Assembly: GCA_964016885.1 (NCBI GenBank)
Contig: OZ024745.1
Coordinates: 109,120,001 to 109,184,000, forward strand
Direction of reading: 5' to 3'
Source: Eledone cirrhosa
Taxonomy: Eukaryota
Length of the DNA stretch: 64,000 nucleotides
In this document: positions 12,932 through 26,340 of the stretch, one piece after another
Numbering within the stretch: the stretch's first letter is position 1
Layout of the letters: each line of letters begins with the position of its first letter
Notes under the pieces: generated by a model
What the model was told of the DNA's origin: nothing
The model's input: only the letters and a program-made list of their open reading frames with translations
The model's database searches: none
Translations under genes and position numbers: made by a program

Positions 12932-13665
12932 GCGCGGAGAAAAATTGGAACAAATAATAAATAAATAGATAAAATAAAATAAAATAAAATAAAATAAATA
13001 AATAAAATAAATATATGAAATAAAATAAAACAAAAAAGCAGTAGGACGCTGATTAAATTGATTACACCCCCCCCCCCCCATCCCCCGCCGCCCCACTGCC
13101 CCACCGCCCCCTCACAAATAATTACCTTGCACCAATGTAAGAAATCGTTATGATTTACAATTAGTGAGATTTCTAATTTTATTCTTTTACAGTCATTAGG
13201 ACCCGGCCATGCTGGGGCAACTCCTGGAAGGGATTAGCTCGATCATATCAACTTCAGTTCTATCCTTTTAAGTCTGATATTATTTTCCTGATCTTTTTTC
13301 TCTTTTATTTTTCTTTCTCAAACTGCTACATTACATAAGTTAAAGGTTATAAATAGACTGTAAACATAAAGACAGGAATATATACATGTGAGTGTGTATA
13401 TATTCGTTGTTTTTGGTATTATGTGGCTAGGTCGCAATTTTCAATTTGTCAAGCTGTCTAAACGTATGTTATTTTCATCCTTACGGGGTCGATAAAATAA
13501 AAGTACCAGTAATGTACTGGGATAATTGCTGGCCTTGTGTCAAAAGTAGAAACAGTTATTACTCTAGGGCCAGACCTTATGGAGTGCTTTTTACTGCTCA
13601 TTCCTAATTGTAGATCGTTAGTTTGGCCACACCCAAAGCTTCGATTTTACTAAGCTTCCACTGCT

Positions 13666-13701
<36 letters not shown>

Positions 13702-13861
13702 AAAGTTCTATTTAAATTGTTGGGGTACAACAAGCAAATATTTTTATAACTAATATAAAGCACTCAACAAATAATTGGAGTAAAAATACGATATTGACAA
13801 ATGGAAACTATATTTATAAAACCATTATGTCAATATTTATTTATAAAACTGCTCTATATTA

Positions 13862-13926
13862 TATTTTATCTGATGAAAGCACACCATAATTTAACTTGGT
13901 GTCCTTGAAATATGTATAATGAAATA
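13862..13926 (+). ncRNA. Type I hammerhead ribozyme motif, canonical core
   Basis: Stem I TATTTTAT/ATGAAATA; CTGATGA(13870-13876); stem II AAG..ACACCA/TGGTGT..CTT; GAAA(13907-13910); stem III A-TATGTA-T; A17. Lies inside a 39 bp inverted repeat (13787-13825/13930-13968) followed by (TA)n. Confidence 0.8.
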
Positions 13927-13966
13927 AATATGGTTTTATAAATATAGTTTCCATTTGTCAATATCG

Positions 13967-14003
<37 letters not shown>

Positions 14004-14083
14004 TACAACAGCATTCTAAGAAATATTGCCTGTACAGGTAATCAAAGTGTGTATACATTTTTTGGGACATCCTGTATGTATGC

Positions 14084-14129
<46 letters not shown>

Positions 14130-15664
14130 AAAGGGACGAGGTGTTAGATCTTCATTACATTTATTGAGGTGTAACGCACGTTTCGTGATTGATCAGCTCA
14201 TGGTTCGATCTATATCGATCTGGCCCGACTCTGGAATCAAAAGCTCATCGGACTTCTGATATGTATATATTCCCTGACAGAATAAATGACAAAATTGTCT
14301 AGGATGAGATTTGAACTAAGAACATAATAAACAACTTAAGCATACTACTGTAAGACACCATTTTATCTAACGCTCTAACGATTCTGCTAATCCACCGCCC
14401 TGAATCAAACTAAGAACACATTGTTAAAACAACTTGAAAGACGGCAAGATAGCGGAAACCATAGAAAGCCGAACACAATACATGGAGGCATTTTATTACA
14501 AAATCTTTATGTTTGTGGTACAGAAGAGTAAATATAACATGTCAACAAGCTGTCTCTTCCATTTGACTATCTAACCTCTTTGGGAAATGCATGCACGTTA
14601 CAGCATCAAATTTCGTACGATCTGTACATTTAAAACATTATATCTAGTCAAAATTAATTATTTCTTTTAGGGTCGTGGTACGGCAACATTTTGGCCTTCC
14701 AAGTGTGCGATTTGGTTTCCATTTCCAGCTGGAAACAATTATTTTTAACAGACAGATGCAACTAACGTCACAACTTGCCATTTACTCCCCCTCCTCCTCC
14801 ACCTCTTCTTTTACGGTATTCTTTTTTAGTGGAACCTGCTTTAGATAATAATAGACAGAATGTGTTTTTGTTGTGTTGGCAGTAATATAGGATGTTACAG
14901 ATAAGATAATATTGGTGTGACGTCAGTGTACTCTAACCAGAGTGTCACTTTCCTTGTCGCCGGTTGGGCGGGGATTCGGGTTTTACCGCTGCCAATCCAT
15001 TACATGTTTACATAATTTTGTTTTTCAGCTCTATATACTGGAGCGACGTGAAATAAAATGTCTTGCTGAAGGCCACAATTCGCTACGCGCGTCATGAATT
15101 GAACACACGATCGTAAGCCTAACACTCTGACAATTATGCCGCCCGAATTCACAGCAGTTGCAGACTAGCCATACGAGGGCTTGGGGACATTATTAGCAGG
15201 GTTAGAAAAAAAAAAATTATAAAATAGAAAGAAAATGCCCCCTACTTAAACAGATTATACCCATACCCACCAAAAATCAATATTCTATAATAAGCAATCA
15301 AATAAATCAATAGTTTGGAATAATTTTTCAATCGTCAGGTTCGAAAACATTGAAACGACTATAGTGATATATCGGCCTCAATCAGAGCTAACATAAGGCT
15401 CAACAACAACAACAACAACAACAACAACTCCGGAAGGATGAAAGGTAAACTTGACCTGCAGGGCGCGGTGTATGGAAAGCCTCGCTAATATTATAAACAA
15501 CTGTAGCAAATAAATATTAAGATAGAGGTAAAAATAGTTTCAAACGCGGAAGAAGTTTCTGGTTTTTAGTTTCAATATCTGACATGTGACAACACTACCA
15601 TTTTTGTCCTGGAGGGAGAGAGAGAGCGAAGGAGAGAGAGAGAGAGAGAGAGAGAGAGGGGGAG

Positions 15665-15718
<54 letters not shown>

Positions 15719-15764
15719 CGGAATTAAAGCTCATTGCTAAACGCAACCATCCGCACGTTTATAT

Positions 15765-15968
15765 AAGTGTGTGTTTGTGTGTGGCGTGTGTGTACGTATG
15801 TGTGTGTGTGTGTGGTGTGTGGCGTGTGTGTTCGTATGTGTGTGTGTGGTGTGTGGCGTGTGTGTACGTATGTGTGTGTGTGTGTACGTGTGTGTGTGGC
15901 GTGTGTGTACGTATGCGTCTGTGTGGTGTGTGGTGTGTGTACGTGTGTGTGTGGCGCGTGTGTACTTA

Positions 15969-16007
<39 letters not shown>

Positions 16008-16109
16008 GGCGTGTGTATACGTGAGTGTGTGTGGTTTGTGTGTACGTGTGTGTGGCGTGTGTGTACGTATGTGCATGTGTATGTGTATGTGTGGCGTGTG
16101 TATACGTGA

Positions 16110-16142
<33 letters not shown>

Positions 16143-16450
16143 GCGTGTGTATACGTGAGTGTGTGTGTGTGTATGTGTGGCATGTGTATACGTGAGTGTG
16201 TGTGTGTGTGTGTATGTGCGGCGTGTGTATACGTGAGTGTGTGTGTGTGTGCGGCGTGTGTATACGTGAGTGTGTGTGTGTGTGTATGTGTGGCATGTGT
16301 ATACGTGAGTGTGTGTGTGTGTGTGTATGTGTGGCGTATGTATACGTGAGTGTGTGTGTGTGTGTGTCTGTGTGCGTGGAATGTGTGTATGTGTGTATGT
16401 ATGTGTGTGCGTGGAATGTGTGTGTGTGTGTGAGTGTGTGTGTGTGTATG
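15765..16450. repeat. (GT)-derived minisatellite
   Basis: Recurring gtggcgtgtgtatacgtga units with variable (GT)n spacers. Confidence 0.9.
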
Positions 16451-16701
16451 TCCTTACCAACGTCAGGCGCTAGACATTTTCCTGTTTATTTCAATTATCT
16501 ACACATAATTTTTAACATATACATCCATATATAATTTGATAGATGTTTGTATGTGTCTAGGTGTGTGTATTTGTATAATGTATCTAAGGACGGATGACTT
16601 TGTATCTGTATATGTATGTGTCTCTACTGATGTGTGCGTAAGCATGTCTCTTTGAGTGTTTCCAGGTGTTTGGTAATCTCTATACATACTTCCTACACAT
16701 T

Positions 16702-16773
<72 letters not shown>

Positions 16774-17136
16774 CATACTTACACACATACGCACACTTAC
16801 ACTTACACGAAACGGGCGCACGCCTAAGTATGTATGTATTTGTGTGTGATTAACATTCACACATCTGTTGCAGTCAGTTGGTAAGCCATAAATTTCAATA
16901 AATATTTATATATTCTCCCTCACTTCCTCATAAACATGTATATCACACATACACATACACATACATACACACACATACATATTTACATTAGATGTAGGCA
17001 CACTTTAAAAGACACACGTTAATGAACCCACCATACGTCCGCCTAATACACAAGCCACACTGTAGAGAAAGGCGCGCGTGCCAGGACGGAAACGTTTCCC
17101 ATCTTGTCCACACAGTGAAAGAAAGAGACATTAGCG

Positions 17137-17201
<65 letters not shown>

Positions 17202-17203
17202 TT

Positions 17204-17557
17204 CGACGTTAGCGTCCAAGTGATAGAGCCATAAACAAGCACAGACTCTTGGAGGGAACACCCAACAAATAAGGATCTCTATGGCAATATACCACCTATC
17301 AGCAGGTCAATACGTGGACAGAGACTCAGATTTGCTGGCCACTGTTGGCGCAGCAAGGAAGAAATAGCAGGTGATGTGTTGTTATGGAGTCCATCTCATG
17401 GAGCAAGAAACGCTGGTCGTCCCAAGAAGACATACGTCAAGCAACTTGAGGACGATACTGGATGCACTGCGGAAGAACTGGCAAACGCTATGAGAGACAG
17501 AGATGGATGGAGGAAGCGTGTCGTAGAAAGCCGAGCAAGCTCGACCTGATGATGATG
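17204..17557 (+). mobile_element. RTE-clade LINE 3' fragment with 5' inversion and TSD
   Basis: + frame SWREHPTNKDLYGNIPPISRSIRGQRLRFAGHCWRS...GRPKKTY...AMRDRDGWRKRV..stop, then a (TGA)n tail; inverted piece encodes VLVYGSITWTLTSK; TSD atatagtcttt at 17193-17203 and 17558-17568. Confidence 0.9.
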
Positions 17558-17635
17558 ATATAGTCTTTAATGCGAAGAAATACCAATGATAATCAGCAGA
17601 CTACTGATGATGGATATTCCTGTTTCTCGGTCTAT

Positions 17636-17672
<37 letters not shown>

Positions 17673-17743
17673 AAATTATAAGTTTGAAGAACAGTCAGAT
17701 AAAATTTACCTAATTTTTCTTCGTAGTCCGTAGAAATTAACTA

Positions 17744-17924
17744 CCGTATTTTTCGGCGCCGAAGATGCTTCGTCCTCGAGGATGCACCCTAATTTTGACA
17801 AAAAAAAAAAATTAATAAATAAATAAAATAAATAAATAATCAACCTTCGGCCTCTAGGACGTATTGTAGATTTTTGAGACCTATTTTAGGGGAAAAGTAG
17901 CGTCTTGGACGCCGGGAAATACGG
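17744..17924. mobile_element. pogo/Tc1-mariner-type MITE
   Basis: TA-CCGTATTTTTCGGCG...CGCCGGGAAATACGG-TA; the host repeat appears without the insert at ~49220-49305. Confidence 0.85.
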
Positions 17925-18319
17925 TAGATAAATATTCATTTAAACGGAGCTAAGTTTAAAACGTAACTTTGAAGAAATAATAGATAAATGTTACCAAAAT
18001 TCCTTTATGAAGAACAGTCAGATAAAATTACATAATGAAAGCTATACCCATTTTCACTAAAGAAGACATCTCTCACCCACTCCAAAGTGGGTGAGAGATC
18101 TTCCCGTCGGACGGGAAAAGTTGACAGGTCTATCCTGTACATATGTGTTTTGTCTTGCCTTGCAAGAAGGCAACATCGGCGTCTTTCGGTAGCTTCCGGT
18201 GAGGTTTGAAACGACCGGTTTTATTGTTAACTCATTAGGATTATCTTAAATCTTCTCAAAATATCAAGCGATAGTTGTTGAAGACTACTTATTGAGAGGT
18301 AACAAAGTCGTGTGTGTAT

Positions 18320-18502
18320 AGGAAGGACCATAACGCACCAGAGTACTCAATACTTAGGGTAGTAGAGTGGGTAATAGGAAAAATGTTTAACCTCGACGGC
18401 GGAGCTCAAGCCATTTCGACGGCTATTTCTGGACCCAGAAATATTTCAGTCCAGAAATAGCCGTCGAAATGGCTTGAGTTCTGCCGTCGGGTTAAACATT
18501 TT

Positions 18503-18507
<5 letters not shown>
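18320..18507. mobile_element. Foldback family D adjoining (TA)n
   Basis: Arms 18374-18434 and 18449-18507; related copies at 34178-34345 (also a foldback) and 59890-59998. Confidence 0.7.
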
Positions 18508-18572
<65 letters not shown>

Positions 18573-18577
<5 letters not shown>

Positions 18578-19180
18578 AAATCACTGACGAAGGACTATTT
18601 TTATTATATGTAACCCATGTGCAAACCACGCAGTATTCTTCTTTCTTCTCATGTTTTTTTTATATATATTTACCTCGACTGCGTTTGTCTGTTTCTCTCT
18701 TACTGCTTCCCCGCTCTCTCTGTTTCTCTCACCTTCTTTCGCCCCCTCTGTCAGTTACACTTTCTCTCGACTGACCTCTTCCTCACACTTCCACTCACTC
18801 ACTCTCTGTTTCTCCCCTTCTCACTTCCTCCCGTTTGGCTTGTGTGGGTCTCTTCTTGCTCACATCTCACACACATCAACACGGCCTGTACCTCTCTCGC
18901 TCATGTAATCCACCCAACTTATGCTGACCGGACAACCATATTGCTTGTTTATTTTCCTCTCTTCGGTTTGCTTTTATCCTTCTATGTTGTTTACTTGTCC
19001 CCCTCGCCTTACGCGAATTCTGGTCCCAATAACTTTTTTTAGTTATTGCTCGCACCAACCTAACGTATCTGAATTTTAATGCGTTGAAATACCAATGATG
19101 GTTGGAAAATCACTGACGAAGGACTATTTTTATTATATGTAACCCATTTGCAACCACGCAGTATTCTTCTTTCTTCTCAT

Positions 19181-19184
<4 letters not shown>
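18573..19184 (+). mobile_element. Family E element with terminal direct repeats between (TA)n arrays
   Basis: 18573-18656 is repeated at 19102-19184; related ends at 17558-17640, 23746-23850 and 34897-34990. Confidence 0.7.
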
Positions 19185-19230
<46 letters not shown>

Positions 19231-19937
19231 TGTTATACTTTGGGAGGGTCATGTTACCAATATGAAACACACGCACCAGCTGCTTTCACTCCAATTTATT
19301 ATAAATTAAATTATAAATTTAAAAAAATTATAAATTTCCGTCTGGTTGGTTGGTTCCAAAACCGGACGGTTGTTCATATATTGTCAAAGTTCTTTCGTCA
19401 CACATTCTATGACCTCTTCAGTGACTGGGGATTCTTTTCTTTGTTTTGTGCCTCTTCTTTGTTCTGTCTTACGCCATCTTGTTTTTGTGTGTATATATAT
19501 ATAGCTTTATGTGTGTGTGTATGTGTGTGTACGTTGCAATGTACTTATTGAGTAAATTCCCTGCGATACCTATCTACAACTATCCCCATCCCATCCCCAG
19601 TGTCGCTATACTTCTCTCCTCCTCTTCCTCATAGTCCAATATCGCCACCATTATCTTGAAAACCACAATCTCACTATCAGATCACCATCACCACTGCTAG
19701 TACCGGCACCACCGCTGCCGTCGTAACCAACACCACATCACCAACAAATGCTGGGTAGGGAAGGTGGGCGGCTATTTGATATATGCACACATACACACAC
19801 ACATACATGCAAACATGGACACACACACACACGGACACATACACACACCAAAACACACACAAACACACTCACACACACACAAATGGACACACACAAACAA
19901 ACACTCACACACCCGCACACACACACACACTCACACA

Positions 19938-19973
<36 letters not shown>

Positions 19974-20312
19974 ATCTTCTTACCCAGCTTCCCCTTTCCA
20001 CGACATCATCAATTTGGTAATTAGCCGATAATTGTTTTCTGTCTCTTAGCCAGATCTTCGTGTTGATCTACACACACATACACGCGTACGTACATACACA
20101 CACACAAACATACATACAAGCGCACACATGCATACACACACACAAACATACATATACGCGCACACACACACACATAAACATACATACACGCGCACACATA
20201 CAAACATACATACACGCGCACACATGCATACACACACACAAACATAAATACACGCGCACACACACAAACATACATACACGCGCACACATACACACACACA
20301 AACATACATACA

Positions 20313-20360
<48 letters not shown>

Positions 20361-20404
20361 TACATACACGCGCACTCATACGCGCACACATATACACACA
20401 CATA

Positions 20405-20435
<31 letters not shown>

Positions 20436-21185
20436 CACACACACAGGCAGGAAGGCTCTTGTAATCTAGTTTGTCGTTGTTGTTGCTGTTGCTTTCGTCA
20501 TCAGTGTTGTCTTCGTTGTTGTTGTTGTTGTTACCGTTGTCGTCGTTGTTGTTGTTGTTGTTGTTGCTATATGATCACACACACCCCTCTCACCCTACCC
20601 CCTCATTTCCCCTCCTCTCTACTGCAGCGCCATCAACGACACTATTAAAAACCTGTCTCGGTTCCCAGAGCTGCCATTTGCCGCCCGCCTTTTTATCCCC
20701 CCACCCCCCGCATCGCACCGTACACACCCACTACACCCCTACACACACACACAGACACTATTTGACATACACATACACATATACACACTGTGCTTATGTG
20801 TAATCAATTAATCTCTCTCAGATATAAGCCTTATCGGCGGCATATGTTCTTAAGCAAGTTTATATGGTAAATCAACTTTTAACGAGAGGAAGAAGGAAAC
20901 CCCATCTTTTTTGTTGTTGTTTGTTTTTCTTTGTTGATATTTTGAAGTTGAATAAAAAATATATAAATATATAAAATAAAGGAAGAACAAAACAATATGA
21001 TATCAGGATAAAATATAATATAATAAAAAAAAAAAATGAATTAAATTAAAATAAAATAACGGAAAGTTATTGTATGATGGACGGAACATCATCAAATGTA
21101 GAACTATCTTATTTAGAATTCTCTATTACCGCCCACCCACCCGACACCCGAGCATCAATACTTTCATTACTACTACCATAACACT

Positions 21186-21341
21186 ACACCACCATCACCA
21201 CCACCATCACCACCATCACCATCACCACCATCACCATCACCACCACCACCATCACCACCATCACCACCATCACCACCACCACCATCACCATCACCATCAT
21301 CACCACCATCACCACCATCACCACCATCACCATCACCACCA
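21186..21341. repeat. (CAC/CAT)n trinucleotide array
   Basis: Direct inspection. Confidence 0.95.
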
Positions 21342-21684
21342 CTATAAGCAGCAACAGCAGCAACAACATCAATTCCTACAACAGTCCCCCCCCCCCTTCA
21401 CCCCCACCCCCACCCCATCCCCGCTAACAGAGGCAATACAGCAATTTCAACTACCTCTGATTTCGGAAAGCTGTGTAAACTACGTTTCTCGTTTTATTGT
21501 TTCAAGTTGGTGCAGTCTACGGATAGATAGGTTATTACCTTGGAATGAGACTAAATCTACTGAGTACAAACAACTCTTAAGACAAAAATAGACCAAGAAG
21601 CTACCGTTTAATTTTTCCCTCGTAAAAATCGCATATCATTCGCTTAAAACGAGACAAAAATAAAATACTCAAAAGAAACTAGAA

Positions 21685-22980
21685 ATAATAGTTTTCTGAT
21701 TTAGACACAAGACCAACAATTTAGTGGTAGTCGAAAGACGATTAAATCTACCCCTGGTCGTTACTGGTACTTTATTTTATCAACTCCGTAAGGGTGAAAA
21801 GCAAGGCTAATCTCGGCGGGATTTGAACTCAGAACGTAAAGGGACACAACTCTCCTCACCTGATTTCTCCTCACCCTGAACAGATAAAGAAACAAGAAAT
21901 GTTTTCTGATTTAGACACAAGGCCAACACTTTGGTGGGAGGAGAAGCCGATTAAATCAACCCCAGTGCATCACTGGTACTTTATTATGTTGACCCCGTAA
22001 GCAGGTCCGTATTTAATGGAAGGTAAAGGGGGCAATTGCCCCAAGCTCCATGCAGTGTTGGCCCCACCAGCGACGGCCGTAGCAATTTATGTGTGCCCTC
22101 AGCTGGACTTTTTACTTTTAGAATGGTTAGAATGTTTAAATGTAATACCTGTATGTATAACTTTTCAATTCCAATTCCTTACAATAAGCTAACTTTGATA
22201 TATAAAATTGGGTGGGGGAGGTGCTGTGTATTCTATTTTTTTTGTTTATGAAGAGCCCCCTAAACCAGAAGTCCCCCTCCCCCCAGGTCTAAATCCAACA
22301 CCGTCCGTAGGATGAAAGGCAAAGCTAACAAGACGGGAGAACGTAAAAGGCTGCAACTCTCCTCGCATAGTTTCTTCTCACCTAGAACAGATAAAGAAAC
22401 TAGAAATAGTAATGGTGTCCACTATAGGCACAAGGCCTCCCCTAAAATTAAATCGACCCAGTGTGTTACTGGTACTTTATTTTATCGACCGCATAATCTC
22501 GGCGAGATTTGAAGTCTAGGAGTCTATGCTGCAAAGCATGTTGTCTGACGCTTTACCGATACTGCCAACCCCCGCCCTTAATAATAATAATTGTTTCTAC
22601 TTTTGGCACAAGGCCAGCAATTATCCAGTACATTACTGGTACTTTATTTTATCGACCTCTGTAAGGATGAAAGGCAAAGTTAACCTCGGCGGGATTTGAA
22701 CTCAGATCGTAAAGGGACGTAACTATGCTGGAAAGCATGTCCGACCCTCTACCGATACTGCCAATAATAATAATGATTTCTAGTATAGGCACAAGGCCAG
22801 TAATTTTTTTTTGGGGGGGAGTCGATTAAATCAACCCCAGTACGTTACTGGTACTTTATTTTATCGACCCTGTAAGGATGACAGGCAAAGTTAACTTCGG
22901 CGGGATTTAACTCAGACCGTAAAGGACTGTAACTCTATGCTGCAAAGCATAGTGTCCAACTCTCTACCGATACTGCCATA
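21685..22980 (-). mobile_element. Cluster of about five co-oriented SINE-A copies
   Basis: Repeated actggtactttatt...ac and ctaccgatactgcc blocks, partly separated by (TAA)n. Confidence 0.85.
22002..22303. mobile_element. hAT-like MITE inserted into a SINE-A copy
   Basis: Interrupts the SINE core ccccgtaag|gatgaaaggc; imperfect 8 bp TSD cccgtaag/tccgtagg; degenerate termini caggtccgtattta/taaatccaacaccg. Confidence 0.55.
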
Positions 22981-24073
22981 ATAAAAATAGTAATTTAAAG
23001 ATCCCGGATTTATCTCTGCAGTTCCGGCCATTAACACAACCCCCGTCGTGCCATTGGTTTATTCATCATCACCACCATCCATATTATTAATTCTCAATTC
23101 CGTTAGTAGATTTCGTCGTGATCTTTATACAGCAGGCAACACGAGACCCATCTTATAGCAAGAGATGGTTGGCGACAGTATTGTACAAACAACAGGGAAG
23201 GCAGTTTAAGACAGGAATAAAAGAAGGTCAGGGGAGAGAGAGAGAGAAAAAGAGCAGCATTAAGACAGAAAAAAATAACTGCCAAGACAGTATAACTAAG
23301 CACAATAATGAAATGACTATGAAACGGTTTAAAACAACAAGCTCAGAATAGAAAAGAAAGTGAGAAACACACACAAAGACCCCCTAAAAAAAAAAAGGAA
23401 AAAAAAAAGCCAACAGAAAATTGAACTTAAGATGAAAACCAATTACGTTATTTTCAACGCTTTAAGTTTTTTGTCTGTTTCGTTTATCCTGAGAAAATAA
23501 TCCCAATTGCAAACAAAACTTCAGAACGTCAAGAGTTTTGTAATTGTTAAAGCCATATATATAGCTCTAGCTTACACTAGAAGAAACTATACGCTTAAAC
23601 GACGTTTGCTGTCATAGTGTTTTAACATAAACCCATAAACCCATTTATATAGATGTGTTACATGAATAGTATCCGATTGTTATCTCTCTCTCTCTCTCTC
23701 TCCCCCTCTCTCTCACTCACTCTCTCTCTCTCTCTCTCTCTCTCTCGCGATGAAATACCAATGATGGTTGGAAAATCACTAACGAAGGACTATTTTTATC
23801 ATATGTAACCCATGTGCAACCACGCAGTATTCTTCTTTCTTCTCATGTTTTATATATATATATATATGTACCGATTATGTTGTTATATAAACATTATATA
23901 TATATACATATATATATATACATATAAACATTATATATATATATATATATATATATAAACGTTTGTATATGTATAATAAAGCCAAAACAATGCAGGTATG
24001 GACATAGAATAAAGAATGCAAATGCAAAAGATATTGTTGACAATTAGTCTTTTACCTTAGATTTATTTATGTA

Positions 24074-24134
<61 letters not shown>

Positions 24135-24373
24135 GTATATATATATGTATATATATATGTATATATGTATATATATGTGTATATGTATATATATATATAT
24201 ATACAGTATCGGTAGAGGGTCGGACGCCATGCTTTCCAGCATAGTTACGTCCCTTTACGATCTGAGTTCAAATCCCGCCGAGGTTGACTTTGCCTTTCAT
24301 CCTTACGGGGTCGATAAAATAAAGTACCAGTAATGCACTGGGTAATTGCTGGCCTTGTGCCTAAAGTAGAAAC

Positions 24374-24413
<40 letters not shown>

Positions 24414-24694
24414 CGATCCGATACTATTTACGTAACACATTCATATAACTCGTGTTTTTACTTTTGTACTAAATTGATTCTTACTGACACAGAAAACTGC
24501 AAGCCTTGAAGTGCTTGGAAAGTGAAAGAGATCTTACCAATATGATAACCAAGGCAAGGAAGGGGAGGTAAACGGGACGAAAGTGACAAAAGACCAGACC
24601 AACAGGCGGAAATGAAGGTTTTCATAGGGGTCGTAGTTAGGAAAGTTTAAATGAGACACAAACGGTACGAGGAATAGAGAATCGAAGTCTTTAA

Positions 24695-24902
24695 ACCTTT
24701 AACATTTACATTACTCTATATTTACTATTATATTTTCATGATAAAGGCTTTACCTCACATAATATCGAAACTATGAGATTATGATATTATTTATTTTGAG
24801 AACAATACGTTAACATTAGTATTAGTGACCGGTTATTGCTCGTTTGAAAAGAAAATGGTGAGAGAATTCTGGCCGGATATGGCCGGTTTAAATTCTAAAG
24901 GG
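24695..24902. mobile_element. piggyBac-like MITE
   Basis: TTAA-acctttaacattt ... aattctaaaggg-TTAA. Confidence 0.6.
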
Positions 24903-25287
24903 TTAATAGTAAAATTATCAAATTTTAGAACATATAGAAACTGCGAGGCATTTTATCGATAAGTAGGAACATGTCGGAAAACCGTCCATGGAGAGTACCA
25001 CCAAAGGGAGAGAATAAAAACAGCATCAAGTTGTCTGATGGCACCGGTACTCCTCTATCTGACGGTATCAAAAATGTATTTAAAAAAAAAGCAATTTTAT
25101 CACTGCAAGGAATTATTTACAAAACATTAAAATAAAAATCACTATAAATTAGAGAAACATACACATGTATGATAATAGAGGGTAAGGTATAAAGATATCC
25201 CACATTTGGAAAGGATATAAAACAAAACGCGAGTTTCTTGAAAAAAACTGATTTTATTTCTAAAAGGTACAGAAAAATAGCTTTGTT

Positions 25288-25407
25288 TTAATTTTCTTTA
25301 AACATTATATCAGACAAATGGTGGCCGTCGTTGGCAATACATTGATGGAGTCGTTCCCGGAAATTCTCCACGATCCTCAGGGTCATCTCAGGTGGAATTG
25401 CGTCAAT
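25288..25407 (-). pseudogene. Tc1/mariner-superfamily transposase C-terminal fragment
   Basis: Translates to IDAIPPEMTLRIVENFRERLHQCIANDGHHLSDIMFKEN*, matching the typical IP.EM...V.ENF..RL..CI...G.HL..I.F terminus. Confidence 0.75.
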
Positions 25408-25521
25408 TTACGATCCTGCAGTTAGCATGATCTGCTCAGTTATTTTTGAACCAACATCATTTTGAAAGATTGCAGTTTCAAATCGGCATGCAGTATCCTC
25501 CCCAAATTCGACTTGATATCC

Positions 25522-25690
25522 CCAAGCTGAGTGGTTAGAGAATTGGATTCGCAATCATGAGACTGTGAGCTCGATTCCCCGACCGGGCAATGCATTATGT
25601 CCTTGAGCAAGACACTTTATTTCACGTTGCTCCTTCTACTTGGAGTTGCGACCAATAGATAGTATTAGCAATTGGAAAGACCAACGGAAA
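25522..25690 (+). mobile_element. CORE-type tRNA-derived SINE (SINE-B)
   Basis: tRNA-like head (agctgagtggttag...tcgattccc) followed by tgtccttgagcaagacacttta, resembling the CORE domain; related copies near 1421-1510, 15035-15140, 26355-26640 and 61390-61650. Confidence 0.7.
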
Positions 25691-25954
25691 CGTTGTTTCC
25701 TCGGTGCGATTTGATGAAAGTCGATCGACAAATTTAATTTTTTATGCTATGTCCCACCCTGTATAATCATAGATTTATATAATAGGCGTTAAGTCTTGGA
25801 CCTTTCTGCAGCAGTTATTATGCAACGTTTCCTCTATTGCTTAATAACTATAGTCCCAATGCAGCGTTATTAAGAGTCATATTTAACAATGGGTATAATA
25901 AATATATTTAGTCCTCTTGCCCCCCCCCCCCCCATTCTTTAGATGTTACTAATT

Positions 25955-26149
25955 AAGTCCTGCCAGCCTCTAAAAACTCAAACGGGGAGTACCATGAAAA
26001 AAGTGGCCCAAAACGGAGAGAAATGAGGCAAAATGGGGGAGATTTTACATAATGAAAGCTATACCCATGTTCACAAGGGAAGACATCTCTGACCCACCCC
26101 AGAGTGGGTGGGAGATCTCCCCGTCTGACGGGGAGAGTTGATAGGTTTG
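25955..26149. mobile_element. MITE with 13 bp TIRs and 6 bp TSD
   Basis: TSD ctaatt at 25949-25954 and 26150-26155; same family as 42323-42497, 32239-32592 and 18027-18131. Confidence 0.8.
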
Positions 26150-26256
26150 CTAATTCAAAACTACTAAAACCATTATTCATATATTTAACGCATGCAAACC
26201 ATGTGGTCAGAATTAAACAGTTTCGCTTGTTGAATGGAACATACATGCATTAAATA

Positions 26257-26340
<84 letters not shown>

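Noticed and set aside
17060-17100. HHR around CTGTAGA...GGAAACGTTTCC
   Set aside because: Core mismatch and no stem I or proper stem II closure.
21070-21591. Poly-His/poly-Gln ORF resembling a transcription factor segment
   Set aside because: Driven by a (CAC/CAT)n array, starts at a non-ATG codon, and flanks show no recognisable domain.
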